Shown piece after piece: positions 44,632 through 55,038 of a stretch of DNA of 64,000 bases. Origin of the DNA: Candidatus Iainarchaeum sp. (GTDB lineage: Archaea; Iainarchaeota; Iainarchaeia; Iainarchaeales; JAZDEL01); the NCBI GenBank assembly GCA_043808785.1, contig JAZDEL010000002.1:65735-129734 (forward strand), written 5' to 3'. Within the stretch, counting starts at the first letter, position 1. The number at the start of each line of letters is the position of its first letter. The notes beneath the pieces are model-generated. The model was not told where the DNA came from, did no database searches, and saw only the letters and a list, made by a program, of their open reading frames with translations. The translations under genes were made by a program, and so were the position numbers.

Positions 44632-46620
44632 ATGCCCTCCCCTAAGAAAAAACCCAAGCCGCAGGCGGATGAAGCCAAGGCACAGCCCGCGGGCGCGGAT
44701 TTCAGTTACAAATCAACCGCCGAGATAAGGGTGCCGGAAAAACTCATTGACCAGGTCGTGGGGCAGGAGAACTGCGTGGAATTAATCCGCAAGGCTGCCG
44801 CGCAGAAGAGGAATGTCCTGCTTATCGGAATCCCCGGCACGGGCAAATCAATGCTCGCGCAGGCAATGGCGGAGATAATGCCCGTGAGCAGGCTTTACGA
44901 CATAATGATTTACCACAATGATGAGGACCCCAACAACCCGAAGGTGCAGGCTGTTGCAGCGGGCGAAGGGAAAAAAATCACCGAGCAGGCGCGCATAGAG
45001 AGCAAGGCACAGGATGACAACATGCGCCTTGTGGGCCTCGTGCTTCCCATAGGGTGGTCGATACTTTGCTGGGCGCTCTGGCAGTTCGGCTTCCTGCCCG
45101 ATGTTGTTTATGCGGCAAGCCTCATACTCAGCGGCTTCCTTATCATAGGGTTTTCACTCGGCTCGCAGATGCGCGTCAGGATGGGCGGCACAGCGCCGAA
45201 ATTGCTGATAAATAACGCCGGCAAGAAGATTGCGCCCTTTGTGGAGGGCACGGGCGCAAGGGCTGGCGCTTTGCTCGGCGACGTTCGCCATGACCCGCTG
45301 CAGAGCGGCGGACTGGGGACGCCCGCACACCTGCGCGTTGAGCCGGGCATGATACACCGCGCTTCGGGCGGGGTTTTGTTTCTGGATGAGATAGCAACCC
45401 TCGGCCCGAAAAGCCAGCAGGAACTCCTGACAGCAATGCAGGAAAAGAAATATTCAATCACGGGCCAGAGCGAAATGTCCAGCGGCGCAATGACGCGCAC
45501 TGACCCCGTGCCCTGCGATTTCGTGCTTGTTGCCTCGGGCAATTATGACGACCTCAGGCGCGTTCATCCCGCATTGAGGTCGCGCATAAGGGGCTATGGC
45601 TACGAGGTTTACATGAACATGGACACGCCCGACACGGAAGAAAACAGGAACAAGCTCGTGCAGTTCGTTGCGCAGGAAGTGAAGAAGGACGGAAGCATAC
45701 CGCACTTCGCAAAGGACGCGGTTGATGTGCTGATCTTCGAGGCGCGCAGGCGCGCGGACAGGAAAAACCGCCTCACCCTCAAGCTGCGCGATTTGGGCGG
45801 CCTGATACGCGCCGCGGGCGACATTGCAAAAGCCAAAGGCCATGCGCTTGTTGACGCGCAGGACGTTTACGAGGCAAGGCTGAGCGCACGCACCCTGGAA
45901 CAGCAGATGGTGAACAAGATGCTTGAGGAAAAGAAGGATTACGACGTTTATCTGTTCAAGGGCACGGCAATAGGCAGGGTCAACGGCCTTGCAGTGAGCG
46001 CCGACGGGGATGCGGGGCTTATCCTGCCCATCGAGGCCGAGGTTGCGCCTGCGCAGAGCTCAGCGGAGGGAAAGCTGATTGCCACAGGAAAACTCGGGGA
46101 AATCGCAAAGGAGGCAGTGCAGAACGTTTCCGCGATAATAAAGCGCCTCTCGGGAAAGGACATAAGCAGGCACGATTTGCACATACAGTTCCTGCAGAGT
46201 TACTCGGGAGTGGAGGGGGACAGTGCAAGCGTTTCTGTTGCAACTGCCGTGGTTTCCGCGCTTGAGGGCATACCCGTAAAGCAGTCCCTTGCTATGACGG
46301 GCTCCCTCAGCGTGAGGGGCGAGGTTCTGCCTGTCGGCGGCGTCAGCGCAAAGGTTTCCGCCGCAATAACCGCGGGCTTCGAGGAAGTTATAGTGCCGAG
46401 GGCGAATGTCGACGACATAGTCATAAAGGCCGACCGCCTTGCGAAAATAAAGATAATACCTGTTTCAACCATTGCCGATGTGCTGGAGCACGCCTTTGTT
46501 GCGGGGAGCGCGAAATCCAAACTCCTCGCCAACCTTAAGAAAATCCTGCATGCGGGCGTTCAGTCGGATGAAAAAATCCCGCTTGCGGAGAAGCCCGTTC
46601 CTGAAAAGGCGGCGTGCTAG
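44632..46620 (+). CDS. lonB: Archaeal membrane-bound Lon protease (LonB)
   Basis: AAA+ motif [16 protein letters not shown] with two TM helices inserted in the ATPase domain. C-terminal S16 protease domain with a Ser-Lys dyad region. Confidence 0.9.
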   Translation: MPSPKKKPKPQADEAKAQPAGADFSYKSTAEIRVPEKLIDQVVGQENCVELIRKAAAQKRNVLLIGIPGTGKSMLAQAMAEIMPVSRLYDIMIYHNDEDPNNPKVQAVAAGEGKKITEQARIESKAQDDNMRLVGLVLPIGWSILCWALWQFGFLPDVVYAASLILSGFLIIGFSLGSQMRVRMGGTAPKLLINNAGKKIAPFVEGTGARAGALLGDVRHDPLQSGGLGTPAHLRVEPGMIHRASGGVLFLDEIATLGPKSQQELLTAMQEKKYSITGQSEMSSGAMTRTDPVPCDFVLVASGNYDDLRRVHPALRSRIRGYGYEVYMNMDTPDTEENRNKLVQFVAQEVKKDGSIPHFAKDAVDVLIFEARRRADRKNRLTLKLRDLGGLIRAAGDIAKAKGHALVDAQDVYEARLSARTLEQQMVNKMLEEKKDYDVYLFKGTAIGRVNGLAVSADGDAGLILPIEAEVAPAQSSAEGKLIATGKLGEIAKEAVQNVSAIIKRLSGKDISRHDLHIQFLQSYSGVEGDSASVSVATAVVSALEGIPVKQSLAMTGSLSVRGEVLPVGGVSAKVSAAITAGFEEVIVPRANVDDIVIKADRLAKIKIIPVSTIADVLEHAFVAGSAKSKLLANLKKILHAGVQSDEKIPLAEKPVPEKAAC

Positions 46621-46635
46621 TTGATTGGCTGCTGC

Positions 46636-48039
46636 TCAGGGCTCCATGCACATTCTCTTCATTACATCTTCCCTGTCGGGTATTTTCCCGCAGAGCGATT
46701 TGTCGCCGTGGTGCGGCCCGGTCCCGACTACAAGGAAGTAATAGCAGCTCCCTTTCCCCGAGGAGCTGTCGCTCATCAAATCGCACTCTGCGGCATTCCG
46801 TTCGGTTATTGCCTTGTTGAAATGTAACTGGTCCTTGCACTTCTGCTTATAGCCCGCATCGGATATCTTCCCGCACTCCGCCATATCTTCTTTTGAAATT
46901 GCATTCGAATAAATTTCCTTGTCTTCCGTGCTCTGGTTCCTCCCGAGCAGGCTTTCGGTACAGTCCTGCCTTCCCTCTGCGCTTTCTATCTTATTGCACA
47001 TTGCCAAGTTATACCGTTGCACGCACCCTTCTCTGAACTGCTGCGAACTTATGTTGTTGCACATCGTAACATCTCCTTCCTTAACCGCAATTGTTATGAA
47101 ACAATTTGCCTGGCCGGATTCTCCAAGCACGGTGCTTGTGTCCATCTTCCTGCAGAGCCCTTCATCATTGCCCCTTTCCGCAATGTCGTTGTAGCAGGTG
47201 TTCCTCGAATGTGCCATTGTTTGGATGGTGCTCTCTTTTGGCAGGGCTTCGCAGTATGAACTATCCCCCGTTGCCAGGGCTTTGCAGTGATTTCTCGCGT
47301 CCTCATCAGAAACCCATTTGCAGAGGCTGCCGTCCCCCGACTCGGAGGCAACATCGTAATAGCAGCTTTCTGCCCACCCATAGCCGCTGTCATCAGATAG
47401 GAGGTCGCAGATTGCGGGGTCTTTTTTCGCATTTGCAACGTCCCTTATGCAGCTGTTCCTGTACGTGCTTTCACTTAATTCCTTGTCAAATTCTATCTTT
47501 TCGCATATGGATGCATCAAGCATTGCAACAGCCCGGGCAGTGAAAACCTCCTTTTTGCAGAAATCCGACTTGCTTTTCCCCATTTCTTTCATATATCCCT
47601 CGCCCTGGTATGCCTTATCCTTCAATATCCTTTCGCAGATTTCCTCGTCCAGTTCCGCAACGGCAATTGCGCTTACACAGTTGTCCCTCTTTGAGTTATC
47701 GCTGAGCTGTTCGCACATTGCCGGGTCGCGCGCGGCAAGCGCCTTTTCAGGGATGCCTGTATCCTTTGCCTCCCAGACTGCCTCATAGCAGTGCTGCTTT
47801 TTCACCGCGTCTTCAGGGGCGCTGACTGCAATTTCGTTGCAGATTGCCGTGTCTTTCGCTGCAACAGCCCTTGCCGTTATTTTCTCCTCGTCAGTCATTT
47901 GTGCGCTTCCGCCCGCGGGGCTGCCGGTGCCCCGCCCTCCCTGCTGCTGCCCCGCAAGTTCCTGCGGCTGCGGGCAGCCTGAAAGCAGGATAATTGCGGC
48001 AAGCGCGGCAAAAAAAAGCAAAGCACAATTTCCCTTCAT
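46636..48039 (-). CDS. Secreted cysteine-rich tandem-repeat lipoprotein
   Basis: Lipobox-like LLSGC, a Gln/Gly linker, then ~12 repeats of ~30-35 aa each carrying a C-x(10-16)-C pair (e.g. DTAICNEIAVSAPEDAVKKQHCYEAV). Confidence 0.6.
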   Translation of the reverse strand: MKGNCALLFFAALAAIILLSGCPQPQELAGQQQGGRGTGSPAGGSAQMTDEEKITARAVAAKDTAICNEIAVSAPEDAVKKQHCYEAVWEAKDTGIPEKALAARDPAMCEQLSDNSKRDNCVSAIAVAELDEEICERILKDKAYQGEGYMKEMGKSKSDFCKKEVFTARAVAMLDASICEKIEFDKELSESTYRNSCIRDVANAKKDPAICDLLSDDSGYGWAESCYYDVASESGDGSLCKWVSDEDARNHCKALATGDSSYCEALPKESTIQTMAHSRNTCYNDIAERGNDEGLCRKMDTSTVLGESGQANCFITIAVKEGDVTMCNNISSQQFREGCVQRYNLAMCNKIESAEGRQDCTESLLGRNQSTEDKEIYSNAISKEDMAECGKISDAGYKQKCKDQLHFNKAITERNAAECDLMSDSSSGKGSCYYFLVVGTGPHHGDKSLCGKIPDREDVMKRMCMEP

Positions 48040-48043
48040 AAAA

Positions 48044-49300
48044 TCACCCCACTACAAGCACGCGCCCTTCGCGCAGCACGAACTGCTTCTTCTTCAGCGC
48101 AATGACATCCTTGCTCTTGATGTCCCTGTAATCTATCGTGTTCTTTGCGGGCGCGACATTCTCCACTTTGCCGAGCCATGTCCCGTCGCGGTTGTAAACC
48201 GGAAGCCCTATGAGGAGTTTAGTCACCTTCTTTCTCACGTCAAGCACTCCAGAAACGTAATATGCCGCAAGCGCGAAAACGAAAGCGAACAGCACATTGG
48301 TGCTGAACCAGATGAGGTCCGCGTGCGCCTCCCCTGCAATAACCTGCCTTCCCGAATCCACGATGAACCACAGCACCAGCGCCGCAACCGCGTACATGAA
48401 ATACCTGCGCAGGTAGAACGCCTTCTTGAAGTGCAGTGCGTCTATTGCGCGCCCGATAATGAATGCGAGGGCGGCAATGGTTGCGAAATCTATTGCCTGC
48501 CTCGAGGCGGCGCCGGCCTGCGTGAAAATATTCAGGTTCTCCCCGCTCATCACTTCCCCCACGGCGGAAAGAACGCCGAAAATAAGGAGCAGCAGTGCGG
48601 CAAGGTATGCGGGAAAGCTTACGCGCTGCAGGGAGAATGAGCGCGTCGCGGATTTTATCCCGCCGGCAATAATTTCCTCAAGCCCCGTTCCCCTGAGCAC
48701 GAGGTAAATGCCGACAACAAAAAGTATGGCCTGGAACAGCACGACCTCCATATCCAGTATTGAGAGCACGCCCCAGAGCAGCACAACAACGCCCGGCATG
48801 AGGAAAACAATCCGCGCTATTGCGGGATCCTTGAGCGCCTCCTTTATCGTGTAATAAGTGCTTTCAACCTCCTTCGCCTGCTTCACAATCACGAGTTCCT
48901 TTGAAATTATCCGCACCCTGCCCTGGAGTATGGGTATTGTGGAATCGTCCTCCGCGCCGTCGGTAACAAGGATTATCCCGTCCGCAGGAAACTTCTCAAG
49001 CACTGCATCCAGCTGCTCGTTAATCATCCTGTCGCTCTCGAAGCCCTTCTTGCTGTGCCCTGTAAGCGTAACGACCTCGACATTCGCAAAGTGCCCCTTT
49101 ACCTCGTCATACTTCTTGACCGCGGCGAAAATGCTGTTTGCGTCGCTCTCGCCGGGGTCCGCAAGTGCCAATTTTGCGGCAATATTGAGGTTCTTTTGCC
49201 TCCCCACTATGGGGCCCTGTACATTTATCTTCCTGCCCAGATCGTTGTCCCTGTCTACGCAAACAATCAGGGCGCTTTTTACTTCCCTCATTTCGTACAC
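48044..49300 (-). CDS. DUF373-family (COG2237-like) archaeal membrane protein with a C-terminal PRC-barrel-like domain
   Basis: N-terminal LIVCVDRDNDLGRKINVQGPIVGRQKNLNIAAKLALADPGESDAN, a central polytopic region and a C-terminal PRC-like domain. Confidence 0.5.
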   Translation of the reverse strand: MYEMREVKSALIVCVDRDNDLGRKINVQGPIVGRQKNLNIAAKLALADPGESDANSIFAAVKKYDEVKGHFANVEVVTLTGHSKKGFESDRMINEQLDAVLEKFPADGIILVTDGAEDDSTIPILQGRVRIISKELVIVKQAKEVESTYYTIKEALKDPAIARIVFLMPGVVVLLWGVLSILDMEVVLFQAILFVVGIYLVLRGTGLEEIIAGGIKSATRSFSLQRVSFPAYLAALLLLIFGVLSAVGEVMSGENLNIFTQAGAASRQAIDFATIAALAFIIGRAIDALHFKKAFYLRRYFMYAVAALVLWFIVDSGRQVIAGEAHADLIWFSTNVLFAFVFALAAYYVSGVLDVRKKVTKLLIGLPVYNRDGTWLGKVENVAPAKNTIDYRDIKSKDVIALKKKQFVLREGRVLVVG

Positions 49301-49392
49301 CTGCGGGCGATTGTAAAGGTATTTATACTTACTTATATGGATATTCTTATATATAAACCATAACCGAAACGCCGTAAATCGGCGTTTTCAGG

Positions 49393-50451
49393 GTGTTTGT
49401 TATGCTCGCCGAAACCTTGAAACAGCTGGTTTTCATAGCGGTAATTGCGTTCATTGTCTTCATACTTTTCGCCATGGTACAGTACCAGGATTTCATAACC
49501 CGCAACGCGCTCTGGATTATTGCCGCGGGAGTGCTGCTCTTCGCCGTATGGAAATACGACTTCATAATAATGATGAAGGAATACGAGCGCGCCGTGATTT
49601 TCCGTTTCGGCAAGGTTATCCGCGTCGGCGGCCCCGGCTGGGCGGTGGTTTTGCCGCCGATAGAGGGCTACACAAAGGTGGACCTGCGCACGCACACAAT
49701 CGATGTGCCGAAGCAGGACGTCATAACCAGGGACGGCATCCAGCTGAGTATTGACGCGATTGTCTACCTCAAGGTAAGGAGCGACGACCGGTGCGTGATA
49801 AATTCCGTTGTTGAGGTCGAGGACTACGAGCGCGCGGTAATGCTGTACGTTGTGGCGACAATCCGCGACCTGATAGGCAGCATGACGCTCGACGAGGTCA
49901 TTTCCAAGACAGAGGTGCTGAGCGAAACCCTGAAGAAGGAGACCGAGGAAATCTCGAAGGAGTGGGGGGTGCAGGTGGAAACTGTGGAACTGAAAGACGT
50001 CGACATCCCCCCCAAAGTCATAGAGGCGATGCACGAGCAGAAGGCGGCCGTGCAGAGGAAGCTTGCAAGGATGGAGGAGGCGGAAGCGCACAGGGTTGAA
50101 ATCGACGCGGTGAAATCCGCGGCGGAACAGCTCAGCGACAAGGCGCTGTCATACTATTACATCCGCGCGCTCGAGCGCATAGGCGACGGCAAGGCCACGA
50201 AAATAATTTTCCCGCTGGAGTTCAGCAGCCTGCTTGGGGCAATTGCAGGCAGGCAGGCGATAAACAAAACCCCGCAGGGCATAGAGGTAAAGGGGGAAGC
50301 GATAAAGGAATATGCCCCGCTGATTGCGGAATACCTGCGCATGGAGAAGGAGAACAGGGAGCGGGAAGGCGCGGGAGAGAAGGCGGGAAAGGAGAGCAGG
50401 GGCAAGGGCAAAGACGAGAAATCCGATAAGGGGCGCGGAAAAAAGGAATAG
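49393..50451 (+). CDS. SPFH/Band 7 (stomatin/prohibitin-like) membrane protein
   Basis: N-terminal TM anchor, SPFH core (RAVIFRFGKV...VDLRTHTIDVPKQDVITRDGIQLSIDAIVYLKV), a coiled coil and a Lys/Glu-rich tail. Confidence 0.85.
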   Translation: MFVMLAETLKQLVFIAVIAFIVFILFAMVQYQDFITRNALWIIAAGVLLFAVWKYDFIIMMKEYERAVIFRFGKVIRVGGPGWAVVLPPIEGYTKVDLRTHTIDVPKQDVITRDGIQLSIDAIVYLKVRSDDRCVINSVVEVEDYERAVMLYVVATIRDLIGSMTLDEVISKTEVLSETLKKETEEISKEWGVQVETVELKDVDIPPKVIEAMHEQKAAVQRKLARMEEAEAHRVEIDAVKSAAEQLSDKALSYYYIRALERIGDGKATKIIFPLEFSSLLGAIAGRQAINKTPQGIEVKGEAIKEYAPLIAEYLRMEKENREREGAGEKAGKESRGKGKDEKSDKGRGKKE

Positions 50452-50458
50452 TCCTGAT

Positions 50459-51463
50459 TCATCCCCCGACTATTAACCACGCCTCTATAAGCGCGCCGAA
50501 CGCAAGCACCGCATAAGCCAGAAGAACAAGCACCGCGGCATCCTTCGTTATAATCCAGAACTCCTTTGTGTGGAATCTCCTCTTCGTCACCTCTACCGAG
50601 ATAACGCCGCCCGCAATCGCCCCGATGAAATACCCCATAATCTCGGGTATGCCGTGCGGCAGGTATCCTATCGCCCTTGCAAGCCCCGCAAATACATGCA
50701 CGTTAAGCATCTCCTTCCCTATGAAAACCCCTATTACCGAGGCGTTCCAGCCTATGAGGAAAATCGCCCCCGCGCCGTATATGAAAGAAAGCAAAATTGC
50801 AAGCCCTAGCACAATCGCGTTGTTGTTGAAAATCAGGCCGAAGCATCCGCCCAAGCTTCGCGTTTCAGGGTCCTTGCACTCGGTAACCCCCACGCCCCCT
50901 GTGCTTGCAGCGGCATCCCCTGTTGTTGCGGTCGCCTTGCCGGTTATCGTGGAAAATGTTTTCTCCTGCTCGGCAAACACCGAGTCCCTTGCGGGAATAA
51001 TGCACTCAATCTCTGAGGAGCCGCCTGTGCAGTATGTGGGCGTCTCCGCAGGCAGCACAACATACCATAAACTGAAACTCGCGACCAGCCCTATTGTGAG
51101 CCATGCATAAACCCTGACAATGCAGAAATGCCTTGCAAGGAACCCTATTGCCCAGCCGGGCTTTGACGCCTCCTCCTGGGTTTCCATGCAGAGCAGCTTG
51201 TTTATAAGCGGCGCAACCCCTATTGTCACGAATGCAATCGCGAGCACGCTTGTGTGTGCGGGAAAAATATAGTGTACCGTCCATATCCCGACCGTGGAAA
51301 GGAGCACGCCCTCAAGGAACATGAGGAAACTGTGCTTTTTTGCAAGCCCCACTCCCGGCAGGTTTTCAAGGACCATCCAAACCATCTCGCCCCGCGGTTT
51401 TGTGCCTGCGCGTTCCCGCAGCTGCCCTGCAGAGGTGCGGGGTTTGTTGTGCGCGCCCCGCAC
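50459..51463 (-). CDS. SpoIIM/DUF95-family polytopic membrane protein
   Basis: LGLAILLSFIYGAGAIFLIGWNASVIGVFIG pattern typical of the stage II sporulation protein M family. The start is uncertain (51463, 51385 or 51376). Confidence 0.5.
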   Translation of the reverse strand: MRGAHNKPRTSAGQLRERAGTKPRGEMVWMVLENLPGVGLAKKHSFLMFLEGVLLSTVGIWTVHYIFPAHTSVLAIAFVTIGVAPLINKLLCMETQEEASKPGWAIGFLARHFCIVRVYAWLTIGLVASFSLWYVVLPAETPTYCTGGSSEIECIIPARDSVFAEQEKTFSTITGKATATTGDAAASTGGVGVTECKDPETRSLGGCFGLIFNNNAIVLGLAILLSFIYGAGAIFLIGWNASVIGVFIGKEMLNVHVFAGLARAIGYLPHGIPEIMGYFIGAIAGGVISVEVTKRRFHTKEFWIITKDAAVLVLLAYAVLAFGALIEAWLIVGG

Positions 51464-51537
51464 TCTCCCTAACCCTCTGTAACCATAACGATACGATGGT
51501 TTAAATAGATTTCTTTGTTAAGTTTCCTTTGTAAACG

Positions 51538-51595
51538 CGCTATTCGGCTTGTGCCGAATGCGCCCATTTTGGCTGAAAGCCAAAATAGGGCGTTT
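51538..51595 (-). repeat. Dispersed double-hairpin repeat copy (minus orientation), upstream of the SpoIIM-like gene and divergent from csl4
   Basis: Reverse complement reads ccctattttggctttcaGCCAAAATGGGCGCATTCGGCacaaGCCGAATAGCGC. Confidence 0.7.
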
Positions 51596-51611
51596 TTTGG
51601 GGCGTATTTTT

Positions 51612-52181
51612 ATGGCTAAAGAAAAGGATAGCATTGTTTTCCCCGGCTCTTTCCTGAGCGCCGAGGAGGAATTCAGCGCGGGCAGGAACGCCTTTGCCAG
51701 CGGCGGCACCGTGCTTTCCGAATGCACGGGGGTTTGCGAACTGGATAAGGCGGCGCGCGAAGCGAATGTTTCCTGCAACCGCAGGGTTGCCGCGCCTCTT
51801 GACATGGGTTCGGTTGTTGTAGGGGTAGTTGCAATGGTAAAGGAAAATGCCGCGGTTATAGAGATGATGCAGGCAAGCAACAGGGGCGAGCCGCGCGTGA
51901 TACTTGCCTCGTACGCAAGCCTGCCGATATTCAATATAAGCAACGATTATGTCGAGCAGATACGCGACGCCGTGAAAATAGGCGATGTTGTAAAGGCGGT
52001 TGCGGTGAAAGTCCTGCCGCACGGAGTCGACCTCTCGATAAAGGACCCCGAGTTCGGGGTTGTGAAAGCGTTCTGCGCAAAGTGCAGGCAGCCGATGCAG
52101 CTCTTCGGGCAGAAGCTCATGTGCTCCGCCTGCGGGCGCACGGAGGCAAGGAAAATTTCCAGGGATTACAGGCTTAAATAG
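51612..52181 (+). CDS. csl4: Exosome complex RNA-binding subunit Csl4
   Basis: S1 domain plus a C-terminal zinc ribbon (CAKCRQPM...CSACG). Conserved synteny with rpoL. Confidence 0.8.
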   Translation: MAKEKDSIVFPGSFLSAEEEFSAGRNAFASGGTVLSECTGVCELDKAAREANVSCNRRVAAPLDMGSVVVGVVAMVKENAAVIEMMQASNRGEPRVILASYASLPIFNISNDYVEQIRDAVKIGDVVKAVAVKVLPHGVDLSIKDPEFGVVKAFCAKCRQPMQLFGQKLMCSACGRTEARKISRDYRLK

Positions 52182-52225
52182 TTCGCGCGGTTCACAAGGC
52201 AGGCGCAGTTCACGGAGGAATTCAA

Positions 52226-52501
52226 ATGGAGCTTGAAGTCACGAAAAAAGAATCCAATTATCTCGAGTTCACCATAAAGGGCGAGAGGCACACTTTCCCG
52301 AACCTTCTCAAGGCAGCGCTCCTCAACCAGGACGGGATTGAATTCATTTCATACGTGCTCGACCACCCTTTGGGCAACAACGCCAAGTTCGTGCTGCGCA
52401 CAAAGGGCAAAAGCCCCGAGAAGGCCTTGTCATCCGCGTGCACCGAGATAGAGAAGAACATTGCCGATTTCCAGAAAGCCGTGAAGAAGGCGCTGAAGTA
52501 G
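52226..52501 (+). CDS. rpoL: DNA-directed RNA polymerase subunit L (Rpo11)
   Basis: 91-aa ORF of typical RpoL/Rpb11 size whose N-terminal segment LEFTIKGERHTFPNLLKAALL fits the dimerisation fold. Confidence 0.85.
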   Translation: MELEVTKKESNYLEFTIKGERHTFPNLLKAALLNQDGIEFISYVLDHPLGNNAKFVLRTKGKSPEKALSSACTEIEKNIADFQKAVKKALK

Positions 52502-52618
52502 GGGCAAGTTGCGTTTGCGAAGGCTGTGCACGGAAGGCGGAAAATGCACCGAAGCGGGTTTGCAGCGCCGCTGCAGAGGCAGCAAACCGCTGCGGGCAGT
52601 GAGAAGGCTGTGAAACCA

Positions 52619-53380
52619 ATGCTCTCCAAACTCCGCAAAAACCTGAAATGGCTCGACCCGTTCACATATGTGGACCTTTTTGTGATGCCGCGCCTGAACC
52701 CGAAAGACAACGAATACCTTGGCTGGGCAATTTACATATTCTTTGCCTTTGTTTTTGCGCTCGCTTTTTACACGCTCCTCGGCCTTGCCCTGAACACAAA
52801 TTCCCCGCTGATGATTGTGGTTTCCGCCTCGATGGAGCCCGTGCTCTACCGCGGCGATGTCGTGCTTTTGCAGGGCGTTCCCCCGCAGAGCCTGAACGCG
52901 CCGCTTGTTGAACTTGATGCGCAAACCCTGCGCAACACAGCGCTTATTGATTTCGCGCAAATCGGATATGAACTCGGCGATGACGGCGTGCTCAGGTCGA
53001 AAATCCTGGATTTCGGAAACGGCAAAAAAACCGAGATAACAACAAACGGCGATATTGTGGTTTATTTCTCGGAACTGCGCAACGAGCCGATAATCCACCG
53101 CGCCGTGGCAAAGCTGCACGCAAAGGACGGATATTACATAATCACAAAGGGCGACAATTACACGAAAAACACGACCGTCGACCAGGACTGCGGAAAGGTT
53201 TTCAGCGGCATGCCCTCAAAGCCCTGCATAAACCTCTATCCCCAGCCAGCCGAGAAACTCGACGGGAGAATGATTCTCAAAATCCCCTTCCTCGGCTGCG
53301 CAAAGCTCTGGCTTATGGATGATTTGGCAACACTGCTCACGCAGGGGAAACTGCCCGCGAACTTCGGCGGGGTTTGCTGA
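52619..53380 (+). CDS. sec11: Signal peptidase I (archaeal Sec11/S26B type)
   Basis: N-terminal TM, catalytic Ser box VSASMEPVLYRGDVVLLQG, conserved His region. Confidence 0.8.
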   Translation: MLSKLRKNLKWLDPFTYVDLFVMPRLNPKDNEYLGWAIYIFFAFVFALAFYTLLGLALNTNSPLMIVVSASMEPVLYRGDVVLLQGVPPQSLNAPLVELDAQTLRNTALIDFAQIGYELGDDGVLRSKILDFGNGKKTEITTNGDIVVYFSELRNEPIIHRAVAKLHAKDGYYIITKGDNYTKNTTVDQDCGKVFSGMPSKPCINLYPQPAEKLDGRMILKIPFLGCAKLWLMDDLATLLTQGKLPANFGGVC

Positions 53381-53448
53381 AGGCGCGTCAAAACGAACAG
53401 CGGACTTTTGGTTTATGTCGTGGCGATTAATAATCCAAGGCACACAAA

Positions 53449-54045
53449 TCAAAAAAGCCGAATCCCGAGATTTAACAGCCATTTGGCAAACTCGCCCTCT
53501 ACTTTCCCATTCATTTCTGTCAATTTAACATCGACTATGTATGGCTTGCCGATGTCTTCTTTTACAACAACGAGCCATTCACGACCTGTGAAAGTAATGC
53601 CATGTTTTTTGGCAATCTCAGTCTCCCTCCCTATTTTTTCTTCAATTTCCTGATAGTTGCTTAGCCTTTTAATTTCAGGGTTTTCCTGATAGGACTCCAA
53701 ATTATGCTCAATGACCTTAAGACTGCCGCCACGGGAAAGGTCTGTCATTATTTGCCTCGAATCAGAAACTGTTTTGTGCTGGGCGGATTTTTCCACAGCA
53801 AGCCATGCTATCGGAATTACGCTCAGTTTGAGTTCCTTTAATTTGTTCAGGATAAAAACATTTCTTGGCTTGTAGGTGCTCTCTTGGATAATTTTCTCCG
53901 CCATGTTCAGCGCCCTTTTGCCGAACACAACTTTTATTTTTTTTGCCGAACCGTGTGCCCCTTCGCCTAAATGCCCTTCATGCCCCCCCAAAGTCGCTAA
54001 AAATGGTTTTTTGCCGTATCTGTGGAATTCGTATTTTGGCGCCAT
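53449..54045 (-). CDS. Hypothetical protein in a low-GC island
   Basis: 198-aa ORF with markedly lower GC (~42-45%) than its neighbours (~58%). No recognisable domain. Confidence 0.4.
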   Translation of the reverse strand: MAPKYEFHRYGKKPFLATLGGHEGHLGEGAHGSAKKIKVVFGKRALNMAEKIIQESTYKPRNVFILNKLKELKLSVIPIAWLAVEKSAQHKTVSDSRQIMTDLSRGGSLKVIEHNLESYQENPEIKRLSNYQEIEEKIGRETEIAKKHGITFTGREWLVVVKEDIGKPYIVDVKLTEMNGKVEGEFAKWLLNLGIRLF

Positions 54046-54060
54046 ATTTTAGTTACGGCT

Positions 54061-54200
54061 TCGGGGTATTTATTGGTTTCTGCACGTGGTTTCGGCGGGT
54101 TTGGTTCGCCGCAGAAACAAACCAAACCAGCCAAACCAACCCGCCCAACCAAACCAACCCGCCCGAACCCGCGCGCGTTCGGTTTTTTTGTAAATCACTT
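54061..54200. repeat. G/T- (C/A-) rich repeat region upstream of pcn1: an imperfect inverted repeat plus an 18-bp tandem direct repeat
   Basis: ggcgggtttggttcgccgcagaaacaaaccaaaccagcc, then aaccaaaccaacccgccc x2. The complementary strand has multiple GGG runs. Confidence 0.6.
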
Positions 54201-54229
54201 TAAAAACAATACCCAACAGAAACCATACT

Positions 54230-54979
54230 ATGCTTTCGATGGTTTTGGACGACGCGGTTTCTTTCAGGAAGTGCATCGACGCGCTCTCAGTTCTCATAGA
54301 TGAGGCGGAGTTCGTCGCGGATTCCTCGGGGCTTGTGCTGAAGGCCACGGACCCTTCGCAGATTTCCATGGTCGATTTCAGGATGCCGAAAAAGGCGTTC
54401 AGGGAAATGAATGTTGATGAAACCCAGAAGTTCGGCATCGACCTTTCATACCTTTCGCAGGTTATGTCGCGCGCGCAGGCAAAGGACAGGCTGAAAATGG
54501 AGATTGCGAAGGACAAGGCGCATCTCATAGTGACTTTCGAGGGTTCGGCAAAGCGCAGTTTTTCAATACCCCTCCTCGACCTCACAACAGCGGAACTCCC
54601 CACGCCAAAGATTGAGTTCGACGCGGAACTGAAGGTTATCGCCTCCGAACTCCAGGGCGGGTTCAAGGATGCCGCGCTCATAAGTTCGCACCTCACTTTG
54701 GGGGTTGACGCTGAAAAATTCTTCATGCGCGCGAACTCCTCAAAGGGCACGTTCAGCCACGAGTTAACAAAGAAGGACGCCGCGCTCTCGGAACTGAAGG
54801 CAAAGAACGAGGCGAAAAGCATTTTCCCGCTTGATTACCTTGCCAACATGCTGAAAGGCGCACCCTCCGACACGCAGGTAAAGCTTTTCCTGAAAAAGGA
54901 CGCGCCGATAAAGGTCGAATACTCAATCTGCGGTGCTGACCTTGTTTACTTCCTCGCCCCGCGCATAGAAGGCGATTAA
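54230..54979 (+). CDS. pcn: PCNA sliding clamp (paralog 1)
   Basis: 249 aa. The two-domain PCNA fold is recognisable, and the N-terminal ~55 residues align with the second PCNA paralog at 55685. Confidence 0.85.
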   Translation: MLSMVLDDAVSFRKCIDALSVLIDEAEFVADSSGLVLKATDPSQISMVDFRMPKKAFREMNVDETQKFGIDLSYLSQVMSRAQAKDRLKMEIAKDKAHLIVTFEGSAKRSFSIPLLDLTTAELPTPKIEFDAELKVIASELQGGFKDAALISSHLTLGVDAEKFFMRANSSKGTFSHELTKKDAALSELKAKNEAKSIFPLDYLANMLKGAPSDTQVKLFLKKDAPIKVEYSICGADLVYFLAPRIEGD

Positions 54980-55038
54980 ACTCGCGCCAAGGATAGAACA
55001 CGGCTAACTTGCGCCAATGGCATGCTGTGCAATAACAC

